DNA from: Callorhinchus milii
Lineage: Eukaryota
DNA length: 64,000 nucleotides
NCBI RefSeq assembly: GCF_018977255.1
Contig: NW_024704743.1
Span: forward strand, 64,358,001 to 64,422,000
Direction of reading: 5' to 3'
Shown: piece by piece, positions 13,287-27,127 of the stretch
Numbering within the stretch: the stretch's first letter is position 1
Layout of the letters: each line of letters opens with the position of its first letter
Position numbers and translations under genes: made by a program
Notes under the pieces: generated by a model
The model's input: the letters and a program-made list of their open reading frames with translations, nothing else
Database searches by the model: none
What the model was told of the DNA's origin: nothing

Positions 13287-14447
13287 GTAAGAAATTCTTT
13301 AAAACCGTGAAATGTTTTTACTCGAAACTCCGATGATAAAAATTGTGCAAAATGTAGCTTGAGGGTATGAGTTTCACATGGCTATATCATTGAGAATGAA
13401 CAAGATTCTGGTTCCTCCATATCTGCAAACATCACAAAGGTCTAGTGTCCCGTCTATTCCCTGTAGAATTGCCCTTGAGCCTTGAATCTGTGTCAGATTA
13501 TTTTGTATGTCTTATTAACTTTTCATTTTTAAAACGAGGAAAAGCACAATATGGACTCCTCGATGGTTTACTGGAAAAAGGTAACTTGTGGCAGCACCAG
13601 GCCATTCATAATGGAATGTTACATGTTCAGATCTCAGGCCGGCAGTCGCTAGAGCACTATAGTGGGTTAAGGAAAAGAAGATTAGCCAACATTCCTATTT
13701 CTAATAGTTATCCAGAGATCCCCGCTGGAAGGTGTATGTTTATCAATGTCGGTTAAAGACAAGATTGTGGTTTGAGTTGGTTAAGCTCCAGCAGTACCTT
13801 AACATATACTCTGAGATCCTCAAGCCTAAACTCTTCACCTAAGAATTTCCGGAATTAAATAACCAGAGTGGACATTCCTTTCCAGACACAGGAAATTTTC
13901 ATGTTTAGGTGGCTTGCATTTTTGTGAAACTGTCTGGTTGGATACTCTTTAATGTTTTTTTTTGCATGTGTCAAATAACAGGCTGACCAAACAAAAGTTG
14001 AATAATATAATTATAATCTGCCGACACACACTGTCGTGGCTAACTCATAAAGAACAACCACTCAGGCAAGATCCTGCAGACAGATTGGCAATCGTGGAAT
14101 CATACTCCCAGGATAAAGGAAAAATAAAAGAGAAATTAGCAAGGGGGAAAAGATAAAGTGCCATAATTACCAGGCAGGAAAAGTGTTATTTATTAATCTA
14201 TCAAGATCTCTTGATGAGCATGTCTTAATAAGTAGCAGGTTTGAAAAAAATGACTCCTTCATCCCAAATTTGCTCAGATTGAATTATTAAATAGAAAACA
14301 AAAAGTTATGTCATGCTGTAATTGCATTTAAGGTTTAAGAGCTTTGGGACATCCTCCCGCATGAAAAGAACTATGTAAATTTGTATTTCTAATTTTATCT
14401 ATAAGGGAGACGGTATATTTATTTGCACAAACCACTCTGCTTTCCAG

Positions 14448-14582
14448 GGATACAGTGGCACAACATGTATGAGTTTGCTGTGGATGGGCAGAATCTATCT
14501 TTTGCCTGGATTTGTTGGATAATGGTCATTGACACAATGATATACTTTGTCATAGGCTGGTATCTTCGCAATATCTTCCCTG
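14448..14582 (+). CDS. ABCA13: ABCA13 window exon 6 (GIQWHNMY...WYLRNIFP)
   Basis: ttccag acceptor; gtaaga donor; conserved GIQW motif. Confidence 0.95.
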
Positions 14583-14821
14583 GTAAGAAAAGCATTTTTC
14601 ACAGTTTGATATGTTGACCTCAATAATCTCTCATTTCAAATTTGATATTTCAAAATGATTTAAAAACTTGCTGTACAATGAGATAAGGAGCCAAAAGTTC
14701 CAGTGGAATCTGAAATAATGTTCCGGCTTTCGAAACCTGTATTTTATAGAGTCAGTAATTTTTATTTAAAATAAGGATTATCTGTAAACTGTAAGAGAGA
14801 GATGTTACCGGCCTCACTTAG

Positions 14822-15216
14822 GTGTCAGCCTGTCTCAGTAGGTAGTGCTCTCACCTCTGAGTGATAAGGTTATGGGTTCAAGCTCCACAACAGAACTTCA
14901 AACTCACAAGCGAGGCTGACACTCCATTGCAGTATGGGGTGTACTTCAATGGAGTGCAGTGTCGTCCTTTGGATGAGAGCGCCATGACCCCATTTGCATG
15001 AAGGTTGTTATATAAATGCATGTTTTTTGTTGTTGAGACATTAAACTGATGTCCCATCTGCTTGTTCAGGTGGATGTTCAAGATCCCTTGGCACAATAAG
15101 CTGCCATTGTTTGCCTACAAATGCAGAATCACTACACTTCAGTAAAATCTTGTGAAGCGTTATGAGAAGTTTTAACAACATGATAAAGTGTGATATTAAA
15201 TGCAAGGATTATTATT
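14822..15216 (+). mobile_element. Deu-domain SINE, diverged
   Basis: tRNA-like head GTGTCAGCC...CTCAGT.GGTAG...CTCTGAGT...GGGTTCAA, Deu core, (ATT)n tail. Confidence 0.78.
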
Positions 15217-15905
15217 ACTTTTACAATTACTATTACAAGAGGGTAAGGATAGCTGTTCATAAATAACACACAATTATATAAATTATATTGACTCACAGTA
15301 TTAGAGGGATGGGATATGAGAAACAAATATATAAATCTCCAGCATAAATCCCCTTAAATTGAGGCTACTCAGACTCAAAAAGGAACCTCTCTGAGAGACC
15401 TCATAGATATATATAAGATGTCAATGACAATCGAGACAAAGTAAACCCAGCATAATACTTTCAGATACAATTTTAGGACAGGGACCAGGAAGTATTTCTT
15501 TACATCAAAGCAAATCAAGAGCTGGAATATGTTCCCAGGAAGTTGAAGCCAGAATGCTGAATTTATTTGAGAAACAGTTTGTTGCTGTAATGGGAAGACA
15601 GTAGGTTTGGTATTCTGGAAAGGTGAAATGAATGAGTCCAAGGGCCTTTCTCATGTGAATCTCTCTGTGATCTTGTGACATTATAATGTTACATTTGTGT
15701 AATGTTACCATGAAGGTTGCTGTGACTGACACTGATCTTCTCCTCCCTCCAAACCAAAGCATAAACGGCTTTTAAAATACTTTTGCTTGTATGCCATAGC
15801 CCTTTAAAAATGTATACAAATACATTTGTGGATTGTGTTTGTGTGGTTGTAATGATCTCCAAGTTATTGGTCATTATGTTTTAACTTGAATCCTTCATCT
15901 TTTAG

Positions 15906-16052
15906 GCAAATATGGAACACGCAAACCTTGGTATTTTCCATTCACAGCAACCTTTTGGAAGAATCTGTTTGGCTGCAAGAAAATATTTGAAACAAAACTA
16001 GGAGATGGTTATTGGGTGTCAAATTTGCAACAATACCAAACAGATACTAAAG
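15906..16052 (+). CDS. ABCA13: ABCA13 window exon 7 (GKYGTRKPWYFPFTATFW...)
   Basis: tttag acceptor; gtaaga donor; conserved GxYGxxxPWYFP motif. Confidence 0.95.
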
Positions 16053-17926
16053 GTAAGAATCTAGGCTACCCTACTCTTAAGCATGGTGAAGGGATTCCGC
16101 ATGTGTCAGACACCCGGCTGTCCCCCAAAAATATTGTAGAACTAGTTTCCAAAATTCTACACAATTTTAAACTTTAAGACAAATGTCTTAAGGCTGGGAC
16201 AATGAGAATACTTGGAGCTTCTATGAGTAACTCTCAGATATCTAAGATTAGCCATGAAGATGATGTGGAAATGGTGAGATGAAATTTGCAGTTCATGTGA
16301 TATGTATCATATAAAATGGACCTTAGTCAGATCCTCCACCCCTTCAGCAGGTACTCACACACCACATACACAGAAACACACACAATATTCTCAGTGGTGA
16401 AGTTGGAAAAGTCACTTCCACTATAATGGCTTTCCGCCTCTCAATCTGCTCTTTTCCAGCATGAACATGCCCTATTTACTTAGTCGCTCCTCATAGTCCA
16501 GTCCCTCCATTCCCATATAAATATGCAGCTCTTTGTATTGAGTTATCTGTACAGGTTCTGATTAATGGTTGTTTGATTTGGTTAGTTGAGATACTCAAAC
16601 AGCCAATGTTTGTTGCTTTGATATGGGTTGCAGCAATTGGACAGATCTCCTGAGGTTTCTTGCAAGCCAAGCTTTTGTGCTGAAGCACACTGTCCTCTGA
16701 GTAAATCACATTGATAGTTTATGGCACCAGCTGCCTACCAGGGGGGCATCTTACAAACCATGTGTTAACAGGTTATGATAATTTTGTCAGTGCAGATTTG
16801 CTAGAATCTCCATGTAGAAACACATGTCAACATTGCAGCCAATTTCAGATTGAATCAAGCCTTCAAGCTATGATATGTTGAAGCTGAAACTGCAATATTC
16901 ACAAGCCAGAAGTTGCTGTGCTAATAGTGAGCTCCAGTTTGCATTCGTGCTGCCGGTTTACTTTGGGACAATTTCTCAGCCATGAAAATCCCCCAAATAA
17001 TGACAATAAGTCAGAAAGCAAAATATGGGCTGCAAAAAGGCCTTTTCCTTTTTTTTAAGATTAGGGATACTTTTTATTGGATATTACAGTGAATCCCACA
17101 ATTTAGTTTGTAAACAGAAGTTGCAATTGGTGTAGAAATGTTTGCTTTGCTAATATTGCATTTTTAACTTCATTGTTTCTTTTCTATTTTATTATTTTAT
17201 CACTTTGTTCCCTTACTATAAGAATAGTGACTGCTCTAATACCTCCATATCAGGGCCACAAGTCTCCATTTAAACTCTTTGCTGCATTATGTGAATTTCC
17301 CACTTGCCATTGCATCTGCTCCATTCTTCCTAATAGATTTGTACTACAAGGGCTCCAGTACTGGTGAATCTCACCCACCGATAATACAGTGGAAATAGCA
17401 AGTGACAGAAATGTACTGTGCAACTCTGGGCTCCTGTCTCTTGGCATATATTTCTACACCAAGTCCCTTTCACATGGATTGTGATCCCCTTTTCTTAAAA
17501 GGAATATATTTACAGACACTGAGGAAGATTGTTCCAGTGTCTGCTTTAGGCTCTGAACCTTGTCTTGCTTTGTTCTTTTTCTCATTCTGTGAACTCATTA
17601 AGAAACATGCAATGGATCACATTACCTAGAAGCCCGATTCTCATAACAGAAAATGTGACATTTAAATCAAACCTAAACATGGTAGCAAAGGGAAAGCTTT
17701 AAGAACTGAGACAAAAGAAAGTGGGCAGGAATCAGATTGGCACAAACTATTCTTAATACAATAAAATACAATACAAAATTACATTTGTATAGCTCCTTTC
17801 ACATGGGGAGGACGCCTCAAGGAGCTGGTAATATACATTTACCGTGACAGGAGTTTATTGGAGAAGGATTCTGCTATGTAATTGTGTTTTGAACATTTCA
17901 GAATACATCTTTGTTCCTTTTGACAG

Positions 17927-18119
17927 GAGATCCCATCAGTTTTCAGCACAAGCATGGTAAAGAGGATGAAAATTTGAAGATAGGAGTTGCTCTGCGATCA
18001 CTCACCAAAGAGTACAAACACGGCAAAAAAGTAGCAGTTAAAGACTTGAACCTCAACTTTCTTAAAGGGGAAATCACAACTCTGTTAGGACCCAATGGAG
18101 CAGGCAAGACAACAACAAT
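17927..18119 (+). CDS. ABCA13: ABCA13 window exon 8 (NBD1 start, Walker A GPNGAGKT)
   Basis: tgacag acceptor; gtaagt donor at 18120. Confidence 0.95.
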
Positions 18120-18633
18120 GTAAGTTCTATCATTGCAATGTTTCACAGAATAAGGCCTCCAAAAATTCAAATAGTGACTTTTGAGACATTTTGGTCACCT
18201 TTCATTGAATGAACTGACATCAAACTAAATAAGTTGCACAAATGAGTAATTATTCTTTATCATGGCTACTCCATAGGCAAATATATGTACTTAGCCATTA
18301 AGTCCTTACATTGTAGAGTATTGAGTACATCTGAATGAAAGATAGAAAGGTGCTAGGTGCATATCATTTGTGACATAGTGATACTAGGGTGTGCTACCAT
18401 TCAGTGAGAATCTTGCTTCGCTGAGAATGGGGTAATCTTGCTTTGACTTGCTGTGAGAGCACGTTTGGTTTAGTTCTTTATGAGTCCCCAAAAGTGTCTA
18501 TTTAAGACAATTGAAAAGCCCTCACCTGTATTTATGAAAATAGTTCAACCTGTTTGGCTCTCTACAAATTCTCAGCTTGTTTCATTGAGGACAAGCAAAC
18601 ACGTACTTGGAATGTTAATTGCTGTAGTGCTGA

Positions 18634-18830
18634 CATGTCAGATATCAGCTTGGCACAGTTGATAGCTCTCTCACCTCTGAGTCAGAAGGTTGTGGGTATT
18701 GCTTGCGCAAATTAGCTGCCGCATTCACCAACAAATACACAGTCTCACCACTTTACAGGATATCCCATGAAGAAGCATACAGTTGTTCCAATGTGAAAGG
18801 TACAATACCAAATACAAGGATTTTTATTAT
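18634..18830 (+). mobile_element. Deu-family SINE, internally deleted
   Basis: Head ...CTCACCTCTGAGTCAGAAGGTTGTGGGT joined to the family tail. Confidence 0.65.
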
Positions 18831-18937
18831 CATATATTTGCCAATATAATAATGCAACATACTCCAGCACTGCATTAGAGTGTCAGTTTCATCTAAAATC
18901 TCAGATTTTTGTGATAATCCATCTTATTTATCAACAG

Positions 18938-19156
18938 GTCATTGTTAACTGGAATGCACCAGCCAACCTCTGGGACTGTTTATGTGAATGGAAAGAACAT
19001 GAGCCAGGATCTGTTAGCCATCAGGAAAGAGATGGGAGTGTGCTTGCAGTACGATGTGCTTTTTGAAAGCTTAACAGTGCATCAACATCTGAAACTATAT
19101 GGCTCAATCAAGGCACCGCAGTGGACAAAGGAACAGCTGCTTCAGGAAATAAAAAG
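18938..19156 (+). CDS. ABCA13: ABCA13 window exon 9 (NBD1 Q-loop GVCLQYDVLF)
   Basis: caacag acceptor; gtaagt donor. Confidence 0.95.
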
Positions 19157-19173
19157 GTAAGTGTTGACATGCT

Positions 19174-19542
19174 GGAGTCCTGTAATGTATTGATTGGAGC
19201 ACTCGGCTCACAAGCGAGAGGGTCTGGATTCAATTACCGGGCAGGGCGAAACTTTAGGCGTAACATTTCCATACTCTACAAACCTCTGTTAATCTAGCAG
19301 TAAGTAGGAACCATGTTTTTAGTCGATTGGCGGATCACTTTTCCGGGGTAATAAACCCTTAAAAAAAAAATTATTTGGTCACTCAATCCACGACTGTATG
19401 TGGGACACTGCTGCATACAATTGGCTGCTGGTTTTGCCCCCAAAATATACAATCAATTCACTTTACAATATATTCTGTGAAACGCTTTGAGATGTCTCGA
19501 AAACGTGATAAAGCACTGTATAAATGCAAGGATTATTATTAT
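19174..19542 (+). mobile_element. tRNA-Ala SINE (long form), diverged
   Basis: Head GGAGTCCTGTA, long-form segment, (ATT)n tail. Confidence 0.88.
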
Positions 19543-19657
19543 GTTGTTGTCATGCTCTTTGAATGATAGGAAAATGGAGTAAAAAGTCACTCATGCTAAC
19601 TTGGGCCAGGCAAGGCGACAGCCAGGATTACCCCATTCTCGAATCTCAGTTTCTCAA

Positions 19658-19960
19658 GTGTCAGCCTGGCTCAGTTGGTAGGACTCTCCCTTGTGAGTCA
19701 AAAGGCTGTGGGTTCAAAACCCTCATCAAAAGTGTAAGATGAAACTCCACTGCAGTGCTGGGGGTGTGCTGCATCGTTGGAGGTGCGTCCCTTGGATGAG
19801 ACTAAACTAAAGTCCTCACTGCTTGTTCAGGCAGACGATTAAGATCCTAGACCACTATTTGACAAAGAATGGAGTGTCTTCCAGTGTTCTTGACAACAAT
19901 CTCCCAAATAACATTGGTTACTCACTACATAGCTGTTTTGGGGAGATTGGCTGTGTGTAA
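19658..19960 (+). mobile_element. Deu-domain SINE
   Basis: Head GTGTCAGCCTGGCTCAGTTGGTAG plus Deu core. Confidence 0.78.
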
Positions 19961-21258
19961 ATTTTCAGTAAATTCATATGAAATGTTTCCAATAGGTCTG
20001 GTCTGCTCAGTGATGGTCATGCTCATTTCATTGAGCATCGTTCTATTCACACATCTGATTGGGTGGCTTGCATGCTAATGTGAGAATGTTAGGCTCTGAG
20101 GGGCAACAAAATCTGCGAGGGGAAGTCTTGAATCATTGCCATTAAACCTGGAGTGTCCAACAAGGAAGACATTTAACATTGCGCTGAAATACATAAAGCA
20201 TAACAGGAGAATATTGGAACATTAATTCAGGAAGCCCGCAGCTAAAGTTGGACACTTTAATTAGAATCCTTGTGTTTCCCCATTACAGCAACTGTAGGAT
20301 TGTGACATTAATAATACTGATATTATTGATGTTCATGGATTGGGGAAGGTACAAAATAATGTTGTAAAGAAAGAAGATCGAATAAGTTAATTTTAAAAGA
20401 AGAAACAGTAGCTTACTACCAAATTTCACACATTTTGTATTACAATTTCCATGCAAATTGCTTTGGATTCATTTCCAGTTATGAAATATACATTTGTTCT
20501 GACACACACATTCTAATATTATGATTTAATGCTTCAGGTACAGGTAGTTAAAAATTCTGCCCAAGGATGTTTTCAATTTTAATCTTTTATGACTATCTTT
20601 CGTTCACATGCCAAAAAAACTCTTCTATCCTAAACTCCCACTGTGCTGAAGTCAAAATTCTTTACATCATTTCCCACTTGACTCATTCTTTCCAAGGACC
20701 TCATGTGAGATTCATCACATCAACCTCAGTCTTCCCTTCCTCATTCAATATACAGCCTAATAAAATCCAAGCTTAGTATTAGCTAACCACTGCTTCTTCA
20801 ATTAACAGAGCCTGAGGTTGTTATCTGAATTGGGGTCCTTTAATTAAGCTGAAAGAGGTCTCCACTGGGAAATATCACCCACACGTACATAATCACTCTG
20901 ATTTTAGAGTATATCCTGTGAGGCTCTTGACATGAAAGGCACTATATCAAATGCAAGGATTATTATTATTAAATATAAATCATGATTTCTTCTAAAAGTG
21001 AGGCAGAAATTTTTGGGGGAAATTAATCTCTATGTTTATGTATGAGTTTGAGGAGACCTAAAAAGGAAACAATTTTAGTGAAAGTACTTCTAGGCAGACA
21101 TTCTGCCTTTCTAATGATGCTGAATTTACACAGAGGCCAACATGTTTAAAAGGATCAGCTCATATCTGAACCTTGAAATTATCCTAGAAGTTTGAAAGTC
21201 TTATAAAGCTTGCCCCCTTATGTTGCCTGCTGTCACATAGACCTTTCATGTTTTTCAG

Positions 21259-21455
21259 GGCCCTTGAGGATGTAGGGATTACCGAACACCAGCACAAACG
21301 TGTGGGTGCTTTGTCTGGAGGAACAAAGAGGAAACTTTCCATCGCTATTTCCTTCATTGGTGGCTCCTCTACAGTTATTTTGGATGAACCCACCAGTGGC
21401 GTTGACCCTTGCTCCCGACGCGCCATCTGGGATGTCATATTGAAGTACAAAGACG
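21259..21455 (+). CDS. ABCA13: ABCA13 window exon 10 (NBD1 signature LSGGTKRK, Walker B VILDEP)
   Basis: tttcag acceptor; gtaaga donor. Confidence 0.96.
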
Positions 21456-22084
21456 GTAAGAAATGAAACGTATGACATTTAGAATAAACATTGAAAGGTT
21501 CTCCGCAAGATTGTATTCCTGGAATACCAGCCTAGGGCAGGATCGCAAATCTCAATCAATCGCAATTCTTATGAGTGATTGACTGCTGTTGTGTAATCTG
21601 AAAGGGGGAAACCATGAGTATCACACCAGGTGTCGGGGTGACAAGATTTCCATCATTTGACAAGAGATAAGGTCTCAGTGCTTATGGTCCACATTGCATT
21701 TATAGAGCACCCTTCATGTAGGTAACATTTTAGAGCATTTTATAGTGGCAGAGCCAGATATCAAGCAAGGGAGAAGGGAGTGGGGCTGTCCATAGACATG
21801 GTCATACAGGTTGGATTGAAGACACGAATAGAGAGAAGGAATGGATTAGTTTGGCCAAGTCACCTGTTTCCATGCTGTAATATATGACATCATTCTATGT
21901 AAAACCCTTGAAGACCTCTATCAGATCCGTTTCTTGGCTTTATGTGAAATGAGTTTGGGCAGTCTCAACCCGGCACAATACAAATTACATTTATATCATG
22001 CTTTCACATCAAAGCATTTTGGACATGTTAATAGTTGCTAATGGACGTGTGTTTGCAGCACAAAACTGCTGTTAATATGGATTT

Positions 22085-22572
22085 AGCAGGGACTCCCTGG
22101 AGCTGAACTGACTTCAACGTGACATGCCTGGCAATGGAATGTTGGGATCGAGCCATCCCTCTGTAGTGGTCTCAATAGTCCAGTTCCTATGACTTGAGAG
22201 GGCAGACCAGTCACTGGGGGCAGGGAATCCTCCCACTCAGCTCCTGCTAAACCTGCAAACCAAAGCCCTAACGGGTAGGGCGGTCCTAGCTGGGTAAGCA
22301 GTGGGAAAGCTTGCTGGACAGTAATATCAATGGTAAGCTATGCGGTTTTAGCTGATTTGACTCCAGCAGTACCACAACACACACTAATACTTTCCGGAAT
22401 TAGGTAAGCAGATGCGTCCCTCCAGGGAGAAAGTGTGCATTCCATTCCAACAATCTGTCTCTGGGATTTCCATATGTAGGTAGGATACATGGAAATCTCA
22501 GCTTGGTTTGAATACTCTTAAGCATGGTGATAGTTTTCTGTATGTGTCAGACACCCAGCTGACCCCCCCCAA
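22085..22572 (-). repeat. Unclassified interspersed repeat family X, copy 1
   Basis: Reverse complement aligns with 23277-23677 and 56113-56665. Confidence 0.85.
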
Positions 22573-23276
22573 ATGAATATGGATCAGTTATCACTAATTT
22601 AGCAATCGTACTCAGAGAGCAACATAAGAATAATTATGTTAGTGAATCTCATTGTGAAATATTCCTTTTTCTACATTATCATTGTCAGCATCATTACAGT
22701 TAGTCAGCTCTGTGTGTAAATATTGCAAACTATTTGCCGTATTTAAATATTGCTAGGACTGTGTTCAGAAATACACTAGGAGTGATGGAGGCTGTGACTG
22801 GAGTGCCTTTTCTATCCCATGTTTTGATTGCAGATAGACCCAAGTCCATTGGGAGGGAGCGACTGGCTGCTGAAGTACAAATCATGCTTGATTGCCCTTT
22901 GTACCTAGAATAGTATTTACACATGAGCACACAAGTTTGTTCATTTTTAATTGTATTATTTCCATATCCAGTTTAATCTAGCACACTGTCAACATAGCTC
23001 TTTCACTCACGTGTGCATTTGACAAAATGTCAACTCGGCTTTGTAAACCCTTTAATGCTTTCTCTGCATTCTTTTATACGATGCAACACCTTGGTCCCCA
23101 GTTGAAAAGCAGGAGCTGCAGTCTGACAATATGTATCAGTGTAATAGTCTTGAAGAGCACATGCATTTCCATATGGGTCCACATCTGAGTCATGCTGAGC
23201 AGGGAGGAGATACTGGGCAGAAATTGTGATATTTTACTGTGGGGAGGAGGGGGAAGAATAAATATATTTTTCTTGG

Positions 23277-23677
23277 TCAGCTGGGTGTCTGATGCATTCG
23301 GAAACCCATCACCATCATTAAGAGTATACAAACCAAACGAAAAGTTCCATGCACCCACCTCTACATGGAAATTCCAGAGATGTTTGTTGGAATGCGATGC
23401 ACAAACTTTCCCTGGAGTGACACATCCTGCTTACCTAAATTCCAGAAAGTATTAGCTGCAGGTTAGCTGGAACCAAGGCTTGGAGATCTCAGAGTGTGTG
23501 TTGGGGTACTGCTGGAGCCTAACCAGCTAAAACTGCATAGCTTGCCATTGATATTGCTGTTTGGCAAGCTTTCCCATGGCTTGTCCAGCTAGGACCACCC
23601 TATCTGTTAGGGCTTTGGCTTGCAGGGTCTGAGTGGGAGGATTTCCTGCCCCCAGTGATGATCTGCCCTTTCAAGTC
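23277..23677 (+). repeat. Unclassified interspersed repeat family X, copy 2
   Basis: Starts GTCAGCTGGGTGTCTGA; shares CTTACCTAA.TTCC.GAAAG, CAGCTAAAAC, CTAGGACCACCCTATCTGT motifs. Confidence 0.85.
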
Positions 23678-23885
23678 CTGCCGATGAGTCAGACTGGTTG
23701 TCATCAGCAGTGGCCTGGAGTTTAATATATTCTGTGAAGCTCTTTGAGATGTTCTCTTGACATGAAAGGTACTATCTCAAATGTAAGATTTATTATTATT
23801 ATTAATTCTATGAAAGTAGTCTTGCAAACTGGAAACCACAATCAGTGGCTCAAATCTGCTTTGCAAGTATCACAATTTCAACACT

Positions 23886-24207
23886 AATAAATAATAATCT
23901 TTGCATTTGATATAGCGCTTTTCACGTCTTCTAGACGTCCCAAAGCGCTTCACAGAATATACTGTAAAGTGAATTGACTGTATATTTGTGGGCGAACGCG
24001 GCAGCCAATTGCGCACAGCAATGTCCCACAAACAGTCATGGATTGAAAATGATCAATTTATTATTGTTTTTGGTTTTTTGTTTTTGGAGGGATTATTATT
24101 AGGCGTGTGGAGTAAGGAAACTTGCCCAAGGTTTCGCTCTGCCTGGAATTGAACTCAGTTCTCTCACTTGCAAAGCGAGTGCTCTAACCACCGAGCTACA
24201 GGACTCC
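23886..24207 (-). mobile_element. tRNA-Ala SINE (short form), full length
   Basis: Reverse complement of the family with intact head and (ATT)n tail. Confidence 0.93.
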
Positions 24208-25220
24208 AAAATGAACTAGCTCAACAGCAGGGGTAAGACTCTAACACCTCAAGGTGCCCAGAGCTTCTGATCACAATTTTCTGCCCCAGAAGAGTTCTCT
24301 GTAGCCAAGTTGATTGGTAGTACCATTGCTGAAGATAGCAATAATATGTGCAGATTAGTCTGAATACTGTATAGGGATCTTTTCACTTTGACTTAAGATT
24401 TATTTTTATAAATGTGCATTAAAAAGATTGTTGTTTTTAGGATAAAATAACCCTCTGAAAGTGTCTAAGTAGGTCCTAAAAACAAGCTCAGATAGGTCAA
24501 TGTGAGAGCTTTACTAAATATGTCTGATTGGCATAATGTTGGATTAACTTATTGTGACACTGTCCACTTTTATGAAGGGCATTATTCTCAAGAAAACTAA
24601 TCTGCCGAGTAAACCATGGTGATTTTACTTGACATCCATGGCTTCCCTCTGACAGGTTCTAGGTTTCACATTTTGTTGACGTTCTTTTCATCAATGCCTT
24701 TCTTCCTCATGTCTGGTTGCCTCCTTGTGTCTGGTTCATTGATGTCTTGTTGATATCTACTCCTTGACATTTTACACCGGCATGTCATTTCAGTCTGAAC
24801 AGGGCCTATTAGAAGTGCAAGACAAATTAGACAAAATTGGATATTTTTTTGTTATCCGTCTTATTTTTGTATGTTTTATAAAGTCTTGGATCAACATAAG
24901 TTTAGTTTGATATGTTTAATGCATTGTTTCTGCATCAGTTGATTTTAATATATTATAAAGCCTAGCACTATACCAGCACACATTGTGCAGAATTATGAAA
25001 ACAACATTTTAAAGTTGTTTTTTTTTCAAGGACTAATTGAGACCATTTTCCCCCCAAAATTCTGCATGACCTTCAATTTTAACATGACAGTCTTAAATTC
25101 TAAAAAGTCTTTTGCATCACACAAGCTCTATGTGTGCATCTGTTTACCTAACTGACTGCCAACGAGCAGCAATTTACTTGTAAATGTTTTCACAATATAT
25201 GTGCATTTTTGTCCTGCTAG

Positions 25221-25378
25221 ATCGAACTATCATTCTCACCACTCACCACTTGGACGAGGCAGAATTGCTAAGCGATCAAATTGCCATCCTGGAAAGTGGC
25301 CAGCTGAAGTGCTGTGGTTCTCCTACCTACTTAAAGGAGCTGTACGGACAAGGATACAGTCTTAGAATCTCACCCAAG
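25221..25378 (+). CDS. ABCA13: ABCA13 window exon 11 (H-loop [14 protein letters not shown])
   Basis: gctag acceptor; gtcagt donor. Confidence 0.95.
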
Positions 25379-26151
25379 GTCAGTGATTGAAGGTTAGAGT
25401 AAATAGTGCGGGAATGGAGGCTCAATCAACGTCAAATATTGCAGCTACTGCAAACACCATTGGAAGGTGTAAGCTGTATGATTTTGATACTAGAATATTT
25501 TACACTGGTATCCGTTTATACCTGAATATATCTGCATGCAAACACATAGTTCTTACACTTTACAGTAAATTCTCTGAAACCCTTTGAGACATTTTGACAA
25601 TGCAATAAGGCGCTATATCAAACGCAATGAAAGTTGGTTGATACCTGAAAACTTGGATCCAATAAAGCAATAAAATCTGCTCAAGTATTATCATTTTGTT
25701 TTGTAATATTGAGAACGCAGTAAAATTAATTCAAATTCATAATTTTAAATAAAAATAAAACTTGTAAAAATCCTACTGGTGGTTAACCTGTTATTTGTTC
25801 CTTTCATTTTCTCTTCCCTATTCTCTCTGACCTATTTTATTTTAAACTTGATTTCAATTGTTTCTTATTTAACGTAGCTTTAGAGTCTGAAATGTGAGAT
25901 TGTCATCGGTATCACTTTTAAATGCACCACCAGACCATGCCAACCCATTGTCTTCAGCATTGGGCTAACTATAATTAATATACTGCTTATAATAATAATA
26001 TTTAATTTGCTTGGAGCCTTTTATGGTGGGAGGACATCTCAAAGTGCTTCAAAGGATTTACTGTAAAATGTATTGAATTAAATAGTTGTCTCATATTGCT
26101 TGGTCTTTTGATGATGTGCATTTCATATTTGACAAAATGTTTTTTCCATAG

Positions 26152-26382
26152 CCCTCACCAGCAGGCTCCAATGGGTCATTTGACTCTGGCCTTGTGACCT
26201 CTCTTGTGCGAGAGCATGTGCCCACCGCCTTTCTGAAGGAGGATTCGCTGAGAGAACTGACGTATGTCATTCCCACAATTGAAGATAAAACTGCTTACGA
26301 GCATCTGTTCCAAGCTCTGGATGAAAAGATGGAGCAACTACACATCAGCAGCTACAGCATCTCTGACACAACACTGGAGGAG
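26152..26382 (+). CDS. ABCA13: ABCA13 window exon 12 (R1 domain ...SYSISDTTLEE)
   Basis: ccatag acceptor; gtatga donor; conserved SxTTLEE motif. Confidence 0.94.
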
Positions 26383-26386
26383 GTAT

Positions 26387-26597
26387 GAGCTCAGTGCATT
26401 CGTGGATAGGGGTTACTGGAGAATCTTGGTACAATCACGGATAAAAGTTACTTGATGAGTTAAGAGCTTGGTATAGTTACAAATAAGGGTTACAGCTGGA
26501 GATAAGAGCTCAGGTAAACACTTGGACAAGCATAGTGGTGTTAAGAGCTCAGTACAATCACAGATAAGGGTTACTCGATGAGTTAAGAGCTCAGTTC
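26387..26597. repeat. Degenerate ~40-bp tandem repeat directly after the exon 12 donor
   Basis: Recurrent TAAGAGCTCAG and GATAAGGGTTAC motifs. Confidence 0.75.
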
Positions 26598-27024
26598 ATC
26601 ATCTTGTTCATTGACCTCAAAAAGGATTCATAGAAGCAGCATTTGAAGTAGAGAGAGAGGCTTCAATGCTAAAAAAAACTCCATTCAGTACACCCGGGCA
26701 TACACCAATGCTGTTCATACACAAATTCAATACTAGTGCACACATTGCCTTGGCTCGTCATTCAGTGTCTCTCCACAAAAATGCACGGAGGGCTGAGGAC
26801 TAACTGAGTGTTGAATTCTGCCACTCCTTGTGTCCAAGTGTTTATTGCATACTGTTGCCCCCAGTGCATTTTCTGCTGGCCAGGGATAGTTTCAAGAAAG
26901 GTGAGTAATTCCACATGAGCCATTTAGATCCAAAGTTTTGCAATTGCTACATAAAATCATTTCAAATGAATTCGATTCAGGGTCCATTTTGAAATAAATC
27001 TCCCCTATGCTTTTTTCCCCTCAG

Positions 27025-27127
27025 GCATTCCTGAACTTGCTTGAGAACGAAAGGAAACCCACGCCTCATCCTTCCCAAGATACAGTATCTTTAAGCTCCG
27101 AAAGTACAGAGTCAAATTACAGTGACA
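27025..27127 (+). CDS. ABCA13: ABCA13 window exon 13 (AFLNLLENERKP...; linker)
   Basis: Strong pyrimidine tract plus ctcag; gtgagt donor; continues TTLEE-xFL; phases match neighbours. Confidence 0.88.
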
